From IMG/VR virus record IMGVR_UViG_2920580016_000002, positions 26,285 to 90,284 of that record: a DNA stretch of 64,000 bases. The stretch is one strand, 5' to 3'. Numbering within the stretch: the first letter of the stretch is position 1; each line of letters opens with the position of its first letter. Position numbers and translations under genes: made by a program. Below are positions 1-8,663 of this stretch, piece by piece. A model generated the notes under the pieces. It saw nothing but the letters and a program-made list of their open reading frames with translations, ran no database searches and had not been told where the DNA came from. Origin of the DNA: a virus. Its lineage: Duplodnaviria; Caudoviricetes.

Positions 1-225
1 CTTCAATCCCATGAGTTTCAGTGACGCAACATATGCGAGCAGTTCGGTCATGTCGCGTCTGTCGTAGAAGCCTGGTCCGATCACGATGATCGCGTCTTGC
101 CCCACGCCCTGAAGCCGGGTCAAATCATGCGCGTAATCAGCGTGGTGGCCCAGCTCCTTGAGCTTCCTTATGGTGGGCTCGGCGTAGCGGTAACTGCCTG
201 CGATTATGACGAAGCGTTTGATCAC
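1..225 (-). CDS. Hypothetical protein, runs off left edge (MIKRFVIIAGSYRY...)
   Basis: GTG at 225 overlaps the stop of 222..548 (GTGA); open to position 1. Confidence 0.7.
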   Translation of the reverse strand, partial: MIKRFVIIAGSYRYAEPTIRKLKELGHHADYAHDLTRLQGVGQDAIIVIGPGFYDRRDMTELLAYVASLKLMGLK

Positions 226-548
226 TGGCCGGGCATCCGCATGTTCTGCATGATCTGCTGCGTCATGGCCTGCTCCTGAGAAGCTCGCGCAGCGGCCATC
301 ATGCCGTGGTGGACCTGCGCCGCCGTCTTCTGGGCCGCGATATCCGTGCGGGTGGTCGCGCACGCGCCGTCGATCTCATCAGCCGTCGGCTGGCGAACGG
401 GCTTGATCTTGTCAGCCAGCATCGACGGGTCATCCGTCGTGACCACCATGCCCTGCGGCGTCATTAGGGTGACGTACGCCCAGGTGACCTGAAGCTCCTC
501 GGTCTCCGGCCTCGTCTCGCCGATATTCGCAGCACCGCCAGTGTTCAT
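222..548 (-). CDS. Hypothetical protein
   Basis: ORF coupled to both neighbours, high-GC codon pattern. Confidence 0.8.
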   Translation of the reverse strand: MNTGGAANIGETRPETEELQVTWAYVTLMTPQGMVVTTDDPSMLADKIKPVRQPTADEIDGACATTRTDIAAQKTAAQVHHGMMAAARASQEQAMTQQIMQNMRMPGQ

Positions 549-898
549 CAGGCGTCACCTCCGGCGCTCGTGACGAGCTTGGTGTCCACCGGGAGACCCC
601 ACTCGGCGGCGACCAGCTCCCGAGCAGCAGCGTCGGAGAAGTCGGTCAGACGGCGGCGCAAACCGGCAGACTCACCACGGAGGTACGCGGCCTCCGCGTC
701 GGCCTTGTACTCCGGAGTCATCTGGAGCTGCTCAGCTCGTGCCCGCCAGCGACCGGTCTCCCTCTTGGCGGCCTCAGCCTCGCGGTAGGCGTTGTCACGA
801 TCGCGGTAGGCGGTGTCGCGAGCACCCTGAGCAATGGCCAGGTCGTAGCGCAGATCATCCACGATCCGTTCGTGCTTCGATTTCCTAATGAACCACAT
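548..898 (-). CDS. Hypothetical coiled-coil protein
   Basis: SD GGAG upstream; TGATG overlap with next gene. Confidence 0.8.
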   Translation of the reverse strand: MWFIRKSKHERIVDDLRYDLAIAQGARDTAYRDRDNAYREAEAAKRETGRWRARAEQLQMTPEYKADAEAAYLRGESAGLRRRLTDFSDAAARELVAAEWGLPVDTKLVTSAGGDA

Positions 899-907
899 AT
901 CTTGCTC

Positions 908-1399
908 CTATTCGTTGTAGTCGTAATACTTGGCCTTGTTGCGCCGCTGCTCGACGATCTGGTGGTAAGGGCAGAAATTGCAGAGGAAGGTGTTGGGCCG
1001 GTTCTTGTAGTCGAGCCCGGCTTCCTTGCGCTCAGCTCGGGTGTCCGGCAGAAGGCGCTTGCGGTCTGACATGTAGTCGCCGCAGTTCTTCGTCCTGTTG
1101 TGCTCTTTCCAGCACTTGCCAGCGTCTTCCTGGAAGGTGTTCTTCGAGTCGTAGAAGTGGTTGCCGAGACCCTCAGCGGTCCGGGCGTCGATTTGCTGGA
1201 TGATCTGCTGGCGGATCTGCGGATCGGCCCAGTGCTCCTCCTTGATGTCCCGAATCAGCAGCCCGCCACCGTGCTCAGCACCCGACGGGAAACGGTGGCG
1301 GGAAACGAGGACATCAAGGAGATGGTCACCCTCAACGGGGCCTTCGTAGTCCGGCAGCTCCTCCATGGAGCCGCATGTGCCGCAAAGCAGTAGACGCAT
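908..1399 (-). CDS. Cys-rich (likely Zn-binding) hypothetical protein
   Basis: CGTC, C..C and CNFC motifs; SD AAGGA. Confidence 0.8.
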   Translation of the reverse strand: MRLLLCGTCGSMEELPDYEGPVEGDHLLDVLVSRHRFPSGAEHGGGLLIRDIKEEHWADPQIRQQIIQQIDARTAEGLGNHFYDSKNTFQEDAGKCWKEHNRTKNCGDYMSDRKRLLPDTRAERKEAGLDYKNRPNTFLCNFCPYHQIVEQRRNKAKYYDYNE

Positions 1400-1419
1400 A
1401 GTGGTTCGGGTATTCCTTC

Positions 1420-2238
1420 TCAGGTGATGGGGGCGGTCCAGAAGAGGGGCCAGGTACGGGCACCAACGAGGCCGTCTGCCTTGACGCCCTTATCCGCCTG
1501 GAAGTCCATGACGATGGCCTTGGTCTGGGGGCCGAATTCGCCGTCAACGGTGATCTTCCAGCCGCGTTCCTTCAGCCGGGACTGGAGAAGCCGGATGTTC
1601 TTCTTGTCCACGGGCGTGGTGCCAGCGTGACATTCCGGAATGGCGGACTTGATGCCGAAATAGTGGCCGGAGGGAAGCGGAAACTTTGGCGCGGTCTTGA
1701 CGCTCGGCTTGTCATCCTTCGCAGGCTCGGGCTCGACCTGGCCGGGCTCCGCGTACGAGGGGTAGCCGAAGCCAACGATGTTTCGGTAGCTGCGGTAGAG
1801 CTTCCTGAAGCCGTTGCTGACGTTGCCCTCATAGGTGATGAGCAGGCCGTCAGAGGTCCTACCGGCGACGACGCCGACGTGGTCAATGGCGGAGATGCCC
1901 TTGCTCGCGCCCCAGTCGAAATAGACGAAGGCACCCTTCCGGGCCTGGGTGCCGAAACGGCCCTTCTTGGCGAACCACTGGGCATGCCACACGGTGTAGG
2001 CGAAACATCCGGCCTGCTTGAGGGCGTTCTCTGCGACCTGCTCGCCGCCCTTACGCCTGCCCGCCTCGTAGGCGATCCACGCGAGGCTCATGTCACACCA
2101 GGCGGCGGCGTCGAAGGCAGCGTTCGCGACGCGGTCCCCGTACCACTTGCCGTACTTAGTGACGCCGCCCTTACCTTCGGTCGTGCCGATCTGCTCCTTG
2201 GCCACGGCCAGGAATTCGGCGGAGCTGATGCCGATCAA
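1420..2238 (-). CDS. Endolysin, CHAP amidase plus C-terminal peptidoglycan-binding domain
   Basis: WCDMS Cys, DHVGVV His, EGN motif; DGEFGPQT...FQ...ADGLVG PG_binding_1 pattern. Confidence 0.9.
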   Translation of the reverse strand: MIGISSAEFLAVAKEQIGTTEGKGGVTKYGKWYGDRVANAAFDAAAWCDMSLAWIAYEAGRRKGGEQVAENALKQAGCFAYTVWHAQWFAKKGRFGTQARKGAFVYFDWGASKGISAIDHVGVVAGRTSDGLLITYEGNVSNGFRKLYRSYRNIVGFGYPSYAEPGQVEPEPAKDDKPSVKTAPKFPLPSGHYFGIKSAIPECHAGTTPVDKKNIRLLQSRLKERGWKITVDGEFGPQTKAIVMDFQADKGVKADGLVGARTWPLFWTAPIT

Positions 2239-2357
2239 TGCCGGTACTCCTCAACCCACTCAGGAAGCTCCAGCTCGTCCACGATGTGGATGGCCGGGTC
2301 GCGGTCGTGCTCGGTCAGGCCAGCGCCGTGCTTCGGCCGGACGGGGACGGGTTCCAT
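2235..2357 (-). CDS. 40-aa ORF coupled to endolysin (MEPVPVRPKHGAGLTEHDRDPAIHIVDELELPEWVEEYRH)
   Basis: SD AAGGAG; its TGA overlaps the endolysin TTG (TTGA). Confidence 0.7.
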   Translation of the reverse strand: MEPVPVRPKHGAGLTEHDRDPAIHIVDELELPEWVEEYRH

Positions 2358-2387
2358 GGGTGCTCCTTATCCCGGTTAGATAGACGG

Positions 2388-2543
2388 TCAGCGGACGCCG
2401 TAGCTGCGCCGGTAAGCGCGGAACTCGATGGCAGTGGGCGCGGAAACGGCACCATCGCGATTCGGCGTCGGGTCGTACTCAGCGCCCTCGCGCACGCCCT
2501 TAGCGAGGCTGGCGTTCATGGATCGCGGCTGCGGATAAGCCAT
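2388..2543 (-). CDS. Small hypothetical protein (MAYPQPRSM...)
   Basis: SD GAGG upstream of ATG 2543. Confidence 0.7.
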   Translation of the reverse strand: MAYPQPRSMNASLAKGVREGAEYDPTPNRDGAVSAPTAIEFRAYRRSYGVR

Positions 2544-2617
2544 GTCCGGTCCTCTTCCATTGCTGACGATGAAACGTACAAGCAATAGGTTATGGGGAGG
2601 AACCGGACTTTTTATAA
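2544..2617 (-). promoter_or_regulatory. TTATAAA motif plus hairpin sequestering the SD up to the ATG
   Basis: GTCCGGT(T)CCTC pairs GAGGACCGGAC; inner ATTGCT/AGCAAT; motif at 2611-2617. Confidence 0.7.
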
Positions 2618-2618
2618 T

Positions 2619-3125
2619 TCAGCCGAGACGCCAGCTCGGGAGAAACTCGGCCAGCCGGTGAGAGGTGTACTGACTGGTCGAGAACTTGTCTTCCTTCTTG
2701 CGCATTTCCACGGGGCCGAGAACTTCCGTCTTCCCGTTATTCACGAGGTGCTCTTCCGGTGCTCCCTTCGGAGCCCACTTCTTCCCCTGTGCCTGGTGTT
2801 CGAGCGACGTCGCCATATTGAAGTCGCTCGGCCAGTCGTAATCGTCAGGCGAGATCCGGATACCGGCATGAACACCAGTCGGCCCAGGCCGCGAGTTGAT
2901 CTTCAGCTTGACGCGGTCGAGCAGCCGGTCACCACGCCTGGACGGCACGTTGCCCAGATAGCCGTCCGGGTACTGGGCCTCCGGCGTACGCGGATCGTCA
3001 CCACTCCGGCGCGCGTCCAGGACGTCCCGCCAGTTGACGGGCAGGCTCCCGCCTCCGCCTGTGGCCAGAGCCTCACTCTGGCCCTGCGGGACGTACCAGG
3101 AGTTAGCGGAGTACTGGCGGGCCAT
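2619..3125 (-). CDS. Hypothetical low-complexity protein, possible virion component
   Basis: Coupled ORF in SpoVS-led unit. Confidence 0.8.
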   Translation of the reverse strand: MARQYSANSWYVPQGQSEALATGGGGSLPVNWRDVLDARRSGDDPRTPEAQYPDGYLGNVPSRRGDRLLDRVKLKINSRPGPTGVHAGIRISPDDYDWPSDFNMATSLEHQAQGKKWAPKGAPEEHLVNNGKTEVLGPVEMRKKEDKFSTSQYTSHRLAEFLPSWRLG

Positions 3126-3400
3126 CAGATCCAGATCGATCGCTGCTCGGTCTGCTGCGGCTGTTCAGGCTGTCCGCCGTTGCCGCCCAGGCTGCTGACG
3201 CCGCTGACGATGTTGCTGGTAGCCGAATTCGCGAACTCGCCGACGCGAGAAGCGGTTCCGGCCGACGCGCCCATGCGGGTAGCGCCGCTGGCAGCCGTAC
3301 GCGCGACTGCGCCACCGGCAGCACTGGCAACACCGCCAGCCTCACCAGCCAGCATGGGCAGCACACGAGAGGCGATTGCTGCGATTGCGGGAAGCGGCAT
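3125..3400 (-). CDS. Ala/Gly-rich small protein
   Basis: TAATG/TGATG coupling. Confidence 0.75.
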   Translation of the reverse strand: MPLPAIAAIASRVLPMLAGEAGGVASAAGGAVARTAASGATRMGASAGTASRVGEFANSATSNIVSGVSSLGGNGGQPEQPQQTEQRSIWI

Positions 3401-3723
3401 TACATCCCCTGCCCGTACTGGCGCTTCGCCCAGAAGTCGCGGTTGCCGACGGCCGACCGGACGATCCGGGTGTTACGCAGGTTTGCCGACTCGGCCGGGT
3501 CGTTGCCGACGACCATCTGAGCACGCGGAGCGTAGGTCGCGCCGTGACGCTCGTGGGTCTGACGCCGGACGCCCTCACTCAGCGCGGCCTCGATCATGCC
3601 GCCCTTGGCATTACCGGACTTCCGAACGGGCTTGGTGTACGAGGACGGAGCGCCGGAGACGTTGCGGACGTTGGCCGCCTCCGTACCCATGGTCGGGAAC
3701 TTGGTCGTGGTCTTGTCACCCAC
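3400..3723 (-). CDS. Small basic hypothetical protein
   Basis: SD GGAGG upstream of GTG 3723. Confidence 0.75.
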   Translation of the reverse strand: MGDKTTTKFPTMGTEAANVRNVSGAPSSYTKPVRKSGNAKGGMIEAALSEGVRRQTHERHGATYAPRAQMVVGNDPAESANLRNTRIVRSAVGNRDFWAKRQYGQGM

Positions 3724-3740
3724 GATTTCCTCCAAAACGG

Positions 3741-3959
3741 TTATTGGAACCAGAGCAGCTTTTGATACGTGGACTCTGATACGCCGTTTCTAGAGGGAAG
3801 CACTTGGCCCGGCAGGAGCCTGTTTCTCTCCGATTCCCCGAATCCCAGAGTGCTGGGCTGGATCTGCTCCAGCACCGAAGTAGGCCGGTAGCCACCCTGA
3901 TAAGGGCGCGTGCCAGACGACATGGCCGAAGATGCGAAGGCTTCGGTTCTGTTCTCCAC
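3741..3959 (-). CDS. Small hypothetical protein
   Basis: SD AAGGAG upstream of GTG 3959. Confidence 0.65.
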   Translation of the reverse strand: MENRTEAFASSAMSSGTRPYQGGYRPTSVLEQIQPSTLGFGESERNRLLPGQVLPSRNGVSESTYQKLLWFQ

Positions 3960-3995
3960 TGCGCTCCTTAGCAACGGGTCTCTATCAGCCTACGG

Positions 3996-4289
3996 TCAAT
4001 CGACGAGAATCTTGTAAACCAGCGCACTGACCTTGCCGTCCGCCATTTCTACCGTCGTGAAGCCGATCCTCGCGGCCAGCGTGATGCCGCGCGAGCCGAC
4101 GTACGACTGAGCGATGGCGATACCCTTCGAGGTCTGATTCACCGCACCCGCCCCAATGGCTCGAAGGCTGACCTGCTTGCCGTTGTAGATGGCGTGGGCG
4201 ATGGCGCTCGCAAGCTTCGCAGCGTCGCTGCTGGCAGACACGCGGAGCAGCACCGACTTGTCGTCATTCTCTTCAATCTCGGAAACCAT
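3996..4289 (-). CDS. spoVS: Stage V sporulation protein S (SpoVS) family protein
   Basis: LRVSASS...LASAIA...LRAIGAGAVNQ..KGIAIA matches the SpoVS signature. Confidence 0.88.
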   Translation of the reverse strand: MVSEIEENDDKSVLLRVSASSDAAKLASAIAHAIYNGKQVSLRAIGAGAVNQTSKGIAIAQSYVGSRGITLAARIGFTTVEMADGKVSALVYKILVD

Positions 4290-4295
4290 GTGTTT

Positions 4296-4363
4296 CTCCT
4301 TTTCGGGTTTCCCAATCTGAGCCGTCTGTTTCAGATTAGGGAAAAGGAGCGCAAGGTTTATAA
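4296..4363 (-). promoter_or_regulatory. TTATAAA motif plus SD-sequestering hairpin of spoVS
   Basis: CTCCTTTTC/GAAAAGGAG 9-bp perfect; inner CCTAATCTGA/TCAGATTGGG; motif 4357-4363. Confidence 0.75.
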
Positions 4364-4371
4364 CGAGAAAA

Positions 4372-4400
4372 GCCCCCGCCCGCTCAAGCGGGTCGGGGGC
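4372..4400 (-). terminator. Intrinsic terminator after RuvC-like gene
   Basis: GC stem followed by TTTTCT on minus strand. Confidence 0.75.
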
Positions 4401-4466
4401 CTCTCCCAGGGATCACCAACACACACAGAAAGGAAAGTGCATGACTCCAGTCCGATCTGTGTCCTA

Positions 4467-5015
4467 TTATGCCACACGTTCTGTGTGTAGCACTACCTCC
4501 TTGATTGCCCGAATTTCGTGGAGGCGGGCGTCAGAGCCGTATCCCTCGGTGAGATACTTAGCCATTCTGGCGAGAGTGTAGGAGTCGGCCTCGTTGTCGT
4601 TCTTGCACTCGATTCCCCACCTTTCCTTCACGCCGTCGATCACCTCCTGTTTGCTGGCGTTCCCCTTTCCGGAAGCAAAGAGTTTGACCTTGGTCGGAGC
4701 GATGATCGTGGGGTAGCAGGCTGGCTCGGGAAGGTGCCAGCGCAGTACCCGCTTTACCGCGTAGGCGAGAGATCCGGCCTCTTCCCGCCGGTTCTGGGAG
4801 TCGCGCGAGAATCCCTCCATCGCCACGTGAACCGGATACTCCGGCAGCAGACAGATCTGCTCCCCCAACCACCGTTCAACGTGCATGAGCCGGTCCACGC
4901 CCTTGCCGTACTTGGTCGCGGTGAATTTCACCACGGAGATATCGGCGTAGCCGTCGTACAGTCGCGTCAGGCCGAAGCCACCAAAGGACTGGTCGATCCC
5001 CAAAAAGAGGCTCAC
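4467..5015 (-). CDS. RuvC-like Holliday junction resolvase
   Basis: LGIDQS, VAMEG, K.FASGKGNA.K, NEADS. Confidence 0.85.
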   Translation of the reverse strand: MSLFLGIDQSFGGFGLTRLYDGYADISVVKFTATKYGKGVDRLMHVERWLGEQICLLPEYPVHVAMEGFSRDSQNRREEAGSLAYAVKRVLRWHLPEPACYPTIIAPTKVKLFASGKGNASKQEVIDGVKERWGIECKNDNEADSYTLARMAKYLTEGYGSDARLHEIRAIKEVVLHTERVA

Positions 5016-5617
5016 CAGGTCTCCACCAGCTCGGCCAGCTCACGCACCTTGAGCGGCATGTCGGACAGGTCAGTGGCCGAGAGGTCGAGCAGGTGGTCTT
5101 CCGTCCCTGGCGAGAAGTACTCGCTAACGTGATCGTTGACGGGTCCTACGCCATCGCGATGAACGCGAACCACCTTGAACTGACCGCGAAGCATGTGGAC
5201 ACGATCGCTCAGGGCCTTTGCCTCGTGGAGGAAGCGCACGTCGGAGATCACCACCCGCCCCGAGTTCGGGAGCTGCTCAAGTACCTGGCCAACCCAGACA
5301 TACGGGTTGATCAGGCTCTTGACGGCCTCCCCGGTGACCTGGAGCAAACGACGGACCTCCGGGAACTTGCGCTTGGCGTCGTCCCATCCGAGATCCTCTA
5401 CAAGATCGCTCACACGGCGGCAGGACCAGTCGAGCGGCACTCCACGGGTGTCCTCGAAGCCGGGAGCATCAATGATGGGGTCGATCTCCAGCAACAGCTC
5501 TTTGAGCCGGTCGGCGAAGGCAAACTTCCTGTAGCCGTGCTCACGGACCAGAAGGTCGGCTACCGTGTCCTTCCCCGCGCCCGCGTATCCGCTCAGGCCG
5601 ATAATCCGGAGACTCAC
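5012..5617 (-). CDS. Deoxynucleoside monophosphate kinase
   Basis: IIGLSGYAGAGKDT P-loop, FADRLK, RRLLQ.TG, SDVRF. Confidence 0.9.
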   Translation of the reverse strand: MSLRIIGLSGYAGAGKDTVADLLVREHGYRKFAFADRLKELLLEIDPIIDAPGFEDTRGVPLDWSCRRVSDLVEDLGWDDAKRKFPEVRRLLQVTGEAVKSLINPYVWVGQVLEQLPNSGRVVISDVRFLHEAKALSDRVHMLRGQFKVVRVHRDGVGPVNDHVSEYFSPGTEDHLLDLSATDLSDMPLKVRELAELVETW

Positions 5618-5937
5618 TTCGGCACCTCGTCATCAGGAATGCGCTGAATGCCGAAGTAACCGCTGCGCTTGACGACTCGCCACCACCCGACAACTACGCC
5701 CTTCCCGAGATAGATGTCCGGAAGCATCTTGTCGAAGTCGCTCCAGAACATCGGGAATTTGTGGCCGTTCCGGTCTTCCCAGAGAATCGAGAACGACGAC
5801 GTCCGCCGGTCATATCCGGCGTACATCAGAGTCGCCAGGAAAGGCGTGACAGTGCGGCGAGTGATTCCCTGTATCCAGGACGTATCACGCACCATGTTGC
5901 CCTTCGAGTCGAAAGGCACGTCTTCGAGAATCATCAT
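5614..5937 (-). CDS. Hypothetical protein
   Basis: Coupled ORF. Confidence 0.75.
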   Translation of the reverse strand: MMILEDVPFDSKGNMVRDTSWIQGITRRTVTPFLATLMYAGYDRRTSSFSILWEDRNGHKFPMFWSDFDKMLPDIYLGKGVVVGWWRVVKRSGYFGIQRIPDDEVPK

Positions 5938-6266
5938 CAGCCGCCCGAACCTCCGCGTCCGCCGCCACCGAATCCGCCCCGAGAAATAACCGTTCCGGAA
6001 CGGGTAGAGATGTTGGCGTTCGACGGCCGGATGGTGGTTCCGCCACGGACATATCCGCCATGGCTGGAGCCGCCGTAGATGTAGTAGAAAGCGCTGTGGC
6101 CTCTGTCGCAGTTCTCGTCAGCCACGATTCGATGCGTACCGTCCGGCTGCGGGGTACGTTCTACGCAGTCGGCGACCACGTCAGGTCCGGACGAGCAGGC
6201 CGTCATCACCAGGGCGGCAATGGTGGCGATGCTCGCGAGTTCGATCTTCTTGGAGGACTTTTTCAT
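5937..6266 (-). CDS. Lipoprotein with Gly-rich C-terminus (YgiB/DUF1190-like)
   Basis: Signal peptide, MTAC lipobox, second C..C pair, RGGFGGGGRGG tail. Confidence 0.7.
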   Translation of the reverse strand: MKKSSKKIELASIATIAALVMTACSSGPDVVADCVERTPQPDGTHRIVADENCDRGHSAFYYIYGGSSHGGYVRGGTTIRPSNANISTRSGTVISRGGFGGGGRGGSGG

Positions 6267-6613
6267 TCGCCCGACTTTCTGGAACGCGGCCCCGGTCCCT
6301 GTGCTCGCACAGCGAGTTGACGGAGCTTAATTTCAGCCTGGTCAGGGTGCGTTCTCATGACACTCCTGAAGTCATCGCTGAGCACGCACGCCACCAGATC
6401 GTTGATGGCCTTGCTCTGGCGCACCAGCTCCGGAGCGACCTCGCGCATGACCAGGTAGAAGGTGAGGTCTCGGCCGTATTCGTCGTCGGTCAGGCGCAGG
6501 CCGTCAGGGAAGCGCCTGGCGGTGAACTCCGGGTCTCCCGGCTTGCCGGGCCAGAAGTCCTGGACAACCTCATCCGCCAGCTTCTCCAGGTAATTGAGCG
6601 TCTCAGCGTTCAC
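6263..6613 (-). CDS. Hypothetical protein
   Basis: GTGA/ATGA coupling. Confidence 0.75.
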   Translation of the reverse strand: MNAETLNYLEKLADEVVQDFWPGKPGDPEFTARRFPDGLRLTDDEYGRDLTFYLVMREVAPELVRQSKAINDLVACVLSDDFRSVMRTHPDQAEIKLRQLAVRAQGPGPRSRKSGE

Positions 6614-7278
6614 GCCGCCTCCAACAGCAGGTTCTTGGCGCGGACCATGAGATTGGCCGCCTTGGCTTCCCAGCTCTGGTCACCGCTCGACCGCAGCCAT
6701 TCGCCGGAGGCCAGCTCCACGAGCAGGTCCAGCGTCGGCCGGTTCAGCTCGGCCTCGTACTGGGTGAGGAAGTCGCCGATCTCCTTGTTCCAGCGGGCGT
6801 CGTACAGCGCGTGGTGGACGATGCCCTGCTGGTCGGGGAGCTTCGGCCTTCCGAGCCTGCGGGCCTCCGTCATCAGGTCGTTCGTATACATGGGGACGTG
6901 CTTGGGAAGCTCCGCCATCGGCCCGAAAATCTGGGCCAGGCCGACGTGATCGTAAGCGCCGAAGTAGGCGAACAGCTCCGGGTGCGGCGTGTCGGCAACG
7001 AACTTGGAGACAGCCTCACGCATCTGGCTCTGGTACAGGACCTTGGACATGTCCTGGTGCTGGAAGTCCCAGCACTCCCAGCCGTCGGCCTCGGTCAGGC
7101 GCACTGGCAGGTGCGGGGCGACGTGCTCACGCAGGAACGCGTGCTCCTGGAGCGCGGTGTACGGCAGTTCTGCGCTGATCGCGTACAGTTCACGCCCATC
7201 GTCAGCGACCATGCCGATCGAGATCAGGTCGATCACGCGGCCGGAGTCGTAGAACTCCAGGTCGTAGTAGATCCTCAC
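6610..7278 (-). CDS. 3'-5' exoribonuclease (DEDD, Rv2179c-like)
   Basis: YYDLEF, LISIGMV, AYFGAYD.V.L.Q.FG.M, HHALYDARW. Confidence 0.85.
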   Translation of the reverse strand: MRIYYDLEFYDSGRVIDLISIGMVADDGRELYAISAELPYTALQEHAFLREHVAPHLPVRLTEADGWECWDFQHQDMSKVLYQSQMREAVSKFVADTPHPELFAYFGAYDHVGLAQIFGPMAELPKHVPMYTNDLMTEARRLGRPKLPDQQGIVHHALYDARWNKEIGDFLTQYEAELNRPTLDLLVELASGEWLRSSGDQSWEAKAANLMVRAKNLLLEAA

Positions 7279-7565
7279 GCGTCCTCTCCCTCTTTGGTAG
7301 ACGCGTCCTGCGGGAGGATGAAGCGGTCAGTGACGTCCACCCAGCCGGAAAGGCCGTAGTGGATCCCCGTCCATGTGGCGTACACCTTCGTCCTTTCCAG
7401 CTCGGCGTCCGACATGGCGTTGAGACGCTGGGTGAGGTGACCCTTGGTGGTGTAGGGCCGGTCGCGGTTGCTGCCAACGAGCAGGTAGATGGTCTTGGGG
7501 AGCTTCTCGTCCACGATGCGCGGGGAGCGGTCGAAGGGCGGGACGTCGAGAACGGTGTCAGACAC
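7275..7565 (-). CDS. Hypothetical protein
   Basis: SD AAGGA upstream of GTG 7565. Confidence 0.7.
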   Translation of the reverse strand: MSDTVLDVPPFDRSPRIVDEKLPKTIYLLVGSNRDRPYTTKGHLTQRLNAMSDAELERTKVYATWTGIHYGLSGWVDVTDRFILPQDASTKEGEDA

Positions 7566-7592
7566 AGGGATTCCTTTTAGAGTTCGAGTGAG

Positions 7593-7616
7593 AGGCCGCG
7601 CCGGGCGGCGCGGCCT
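7593..7616. terminator. 10-bp GC hairpin, possible terminator
   Basis: AGGCCGCGCC/GGCGCGGCCT, no U tract. Confidence 0.45.
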
Positions 7617-7626
7617 GCGGGGGTGG

Positions 7627-7950
7627 TCAGCCAACGACGGTGAGGTTCTCGATCCGAGAGATGGTCACGGTGTCGGCCTGGTAGTACCGACCGTTGCCAC
7701 GCGAGCGACGCTCCGGCTTGACGGTGACCTTGGTGACCGTCTTGTCGCTCTCCCAGGACCAGCCCTTCCGGGTGACGATCTTCGTGACCTCACCTTCGAC
7801 CATGGAGTAGGAGGATCCGTACTCGGAGGCGTAGAGGACCTTGCTGCCGACGGTGATGTCCCTACCGCGCCAGTCCTTGATCACGATGTTCACTTCGACG
7901 GTGGGCTCAGCAGCAGGGGGAGTGAGGTAGGAAGGCAGGAAGCTGTTCAT
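7627..7950 (-). CDS. Hypothetical protein (SH3-like beta fold possible)
   Basis: SD GGAG; D..G..I.VG..V.Y pattern. Confidence 0.75.
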   Translation of the reverse strand: MNSFLPSYLTPPAAEPTVEVNIVIKDWRGRDITVGSKVLYASEYGSSYSMVEGEVTKIVTRKGWSWESDKTVTKVTVKPERRSRGNGRYYQADTVTISRIENLTVVG

Positions 7951-7961
7951 TTCAGTTCTCC

Positions 7962-8651
7962 TTAGATGAGGTCCGCGAAGGCGGCCGAGTCGATTTCGGA
8001 CAGGACAGTGAGCGCCATACGCGCGAATTGCTGAATTTCGGCGTCGGCAGCGGGAGCGATGCGACGCTGGATGACCTCGCGCCAGGCCCGGAAATTGCCG
8101 GTGACGACCATTTCGACGGGCGTCATGTTCGGCAGGACGGCGCGGGCGGCTTCGCGCGCCTGCTTGCGCTTGAGGCCCTTGGAGATGAGTTCTGTGGCGA
8201 GGGAGTTGTACCAGCTCAGCATTTCCTCATAGCGAGCGGTAAGGGCCATGACCAGCTCGTGATCCCCGGCGATAGCGGGCGGAATGACCGGCTTGTCATC
8301 CGGCGCGCAGTAGCGCTGGCTGATGACGCTGAAGGACAGGTGCCGGTGTCTGGTGATCTCCGCCAGGAAGGCCCTGGAGACGTCCTGCACGTACAGCGTG
8401 GCGGAGGAGTGCTCCAGGATGGACAGGTGTCCCTGGGCGATGATGTGGGCGACGTAGTCGGCGTTCTTCTGCGTCGCCGGGTTCTTCTTCTCCCAGCTCT
8501 GGTAGCACAACCTTCCCGCGAATTCCGTCAGGGATTCGGTGTGGCCTGGCCAGCCGCCATCCGGCTTAGGATCGACTGGCAAGTACTTGAGCTTCTCATC
8601 CACGACCCTCCCGCCGTTGAGGCGAGTGGAGGCAATTACAGTGACTTCCAA
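7962..8651 (-). CDS. thyX: FAD-dependent thymidylate synthase
   Basis: RHRHLSFSVISQRY signature, AREAAR.VLPN, NFRAW. Confidence 0.95.
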   Translation of the reverse strand: MEVTVIASTRLNGGRVVDEKLKYLPVDPKPDGGWPGHTESLTEFAGRLCYQSWEKKNPATQKNADYVAHIIAQGHLSILEHSSATLYVQDVSRAFLAEITRHRHLSFSVISQRYCAPDDKPVIPPAIAGDHELVMALTARYEEMLSWYNSLATELISKGLKRKQAREAARAVLPNMTPVEMVVTGNFRAWREVIQRRIAPAADAEIQQFARMALTVLSEIDSAAFADLI

Positions 8652-8663
8652 ATTGTGCTCCGG

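Noticed and set aside
95-110. Apparent frameshift in the leftmost gene
   Set aside because: Recount shows GTG GGG CAA in frame; the ORF is intact to the edge.
188-199. Extra CAGTTAC match
   Set aside because: Inside a coding region and lacks the AACC/GGTT flanks; likely chance.
2388-3959. Small peptides as RiPP precursors
   Set aside because: No modifying enzymes or transporters nearby.
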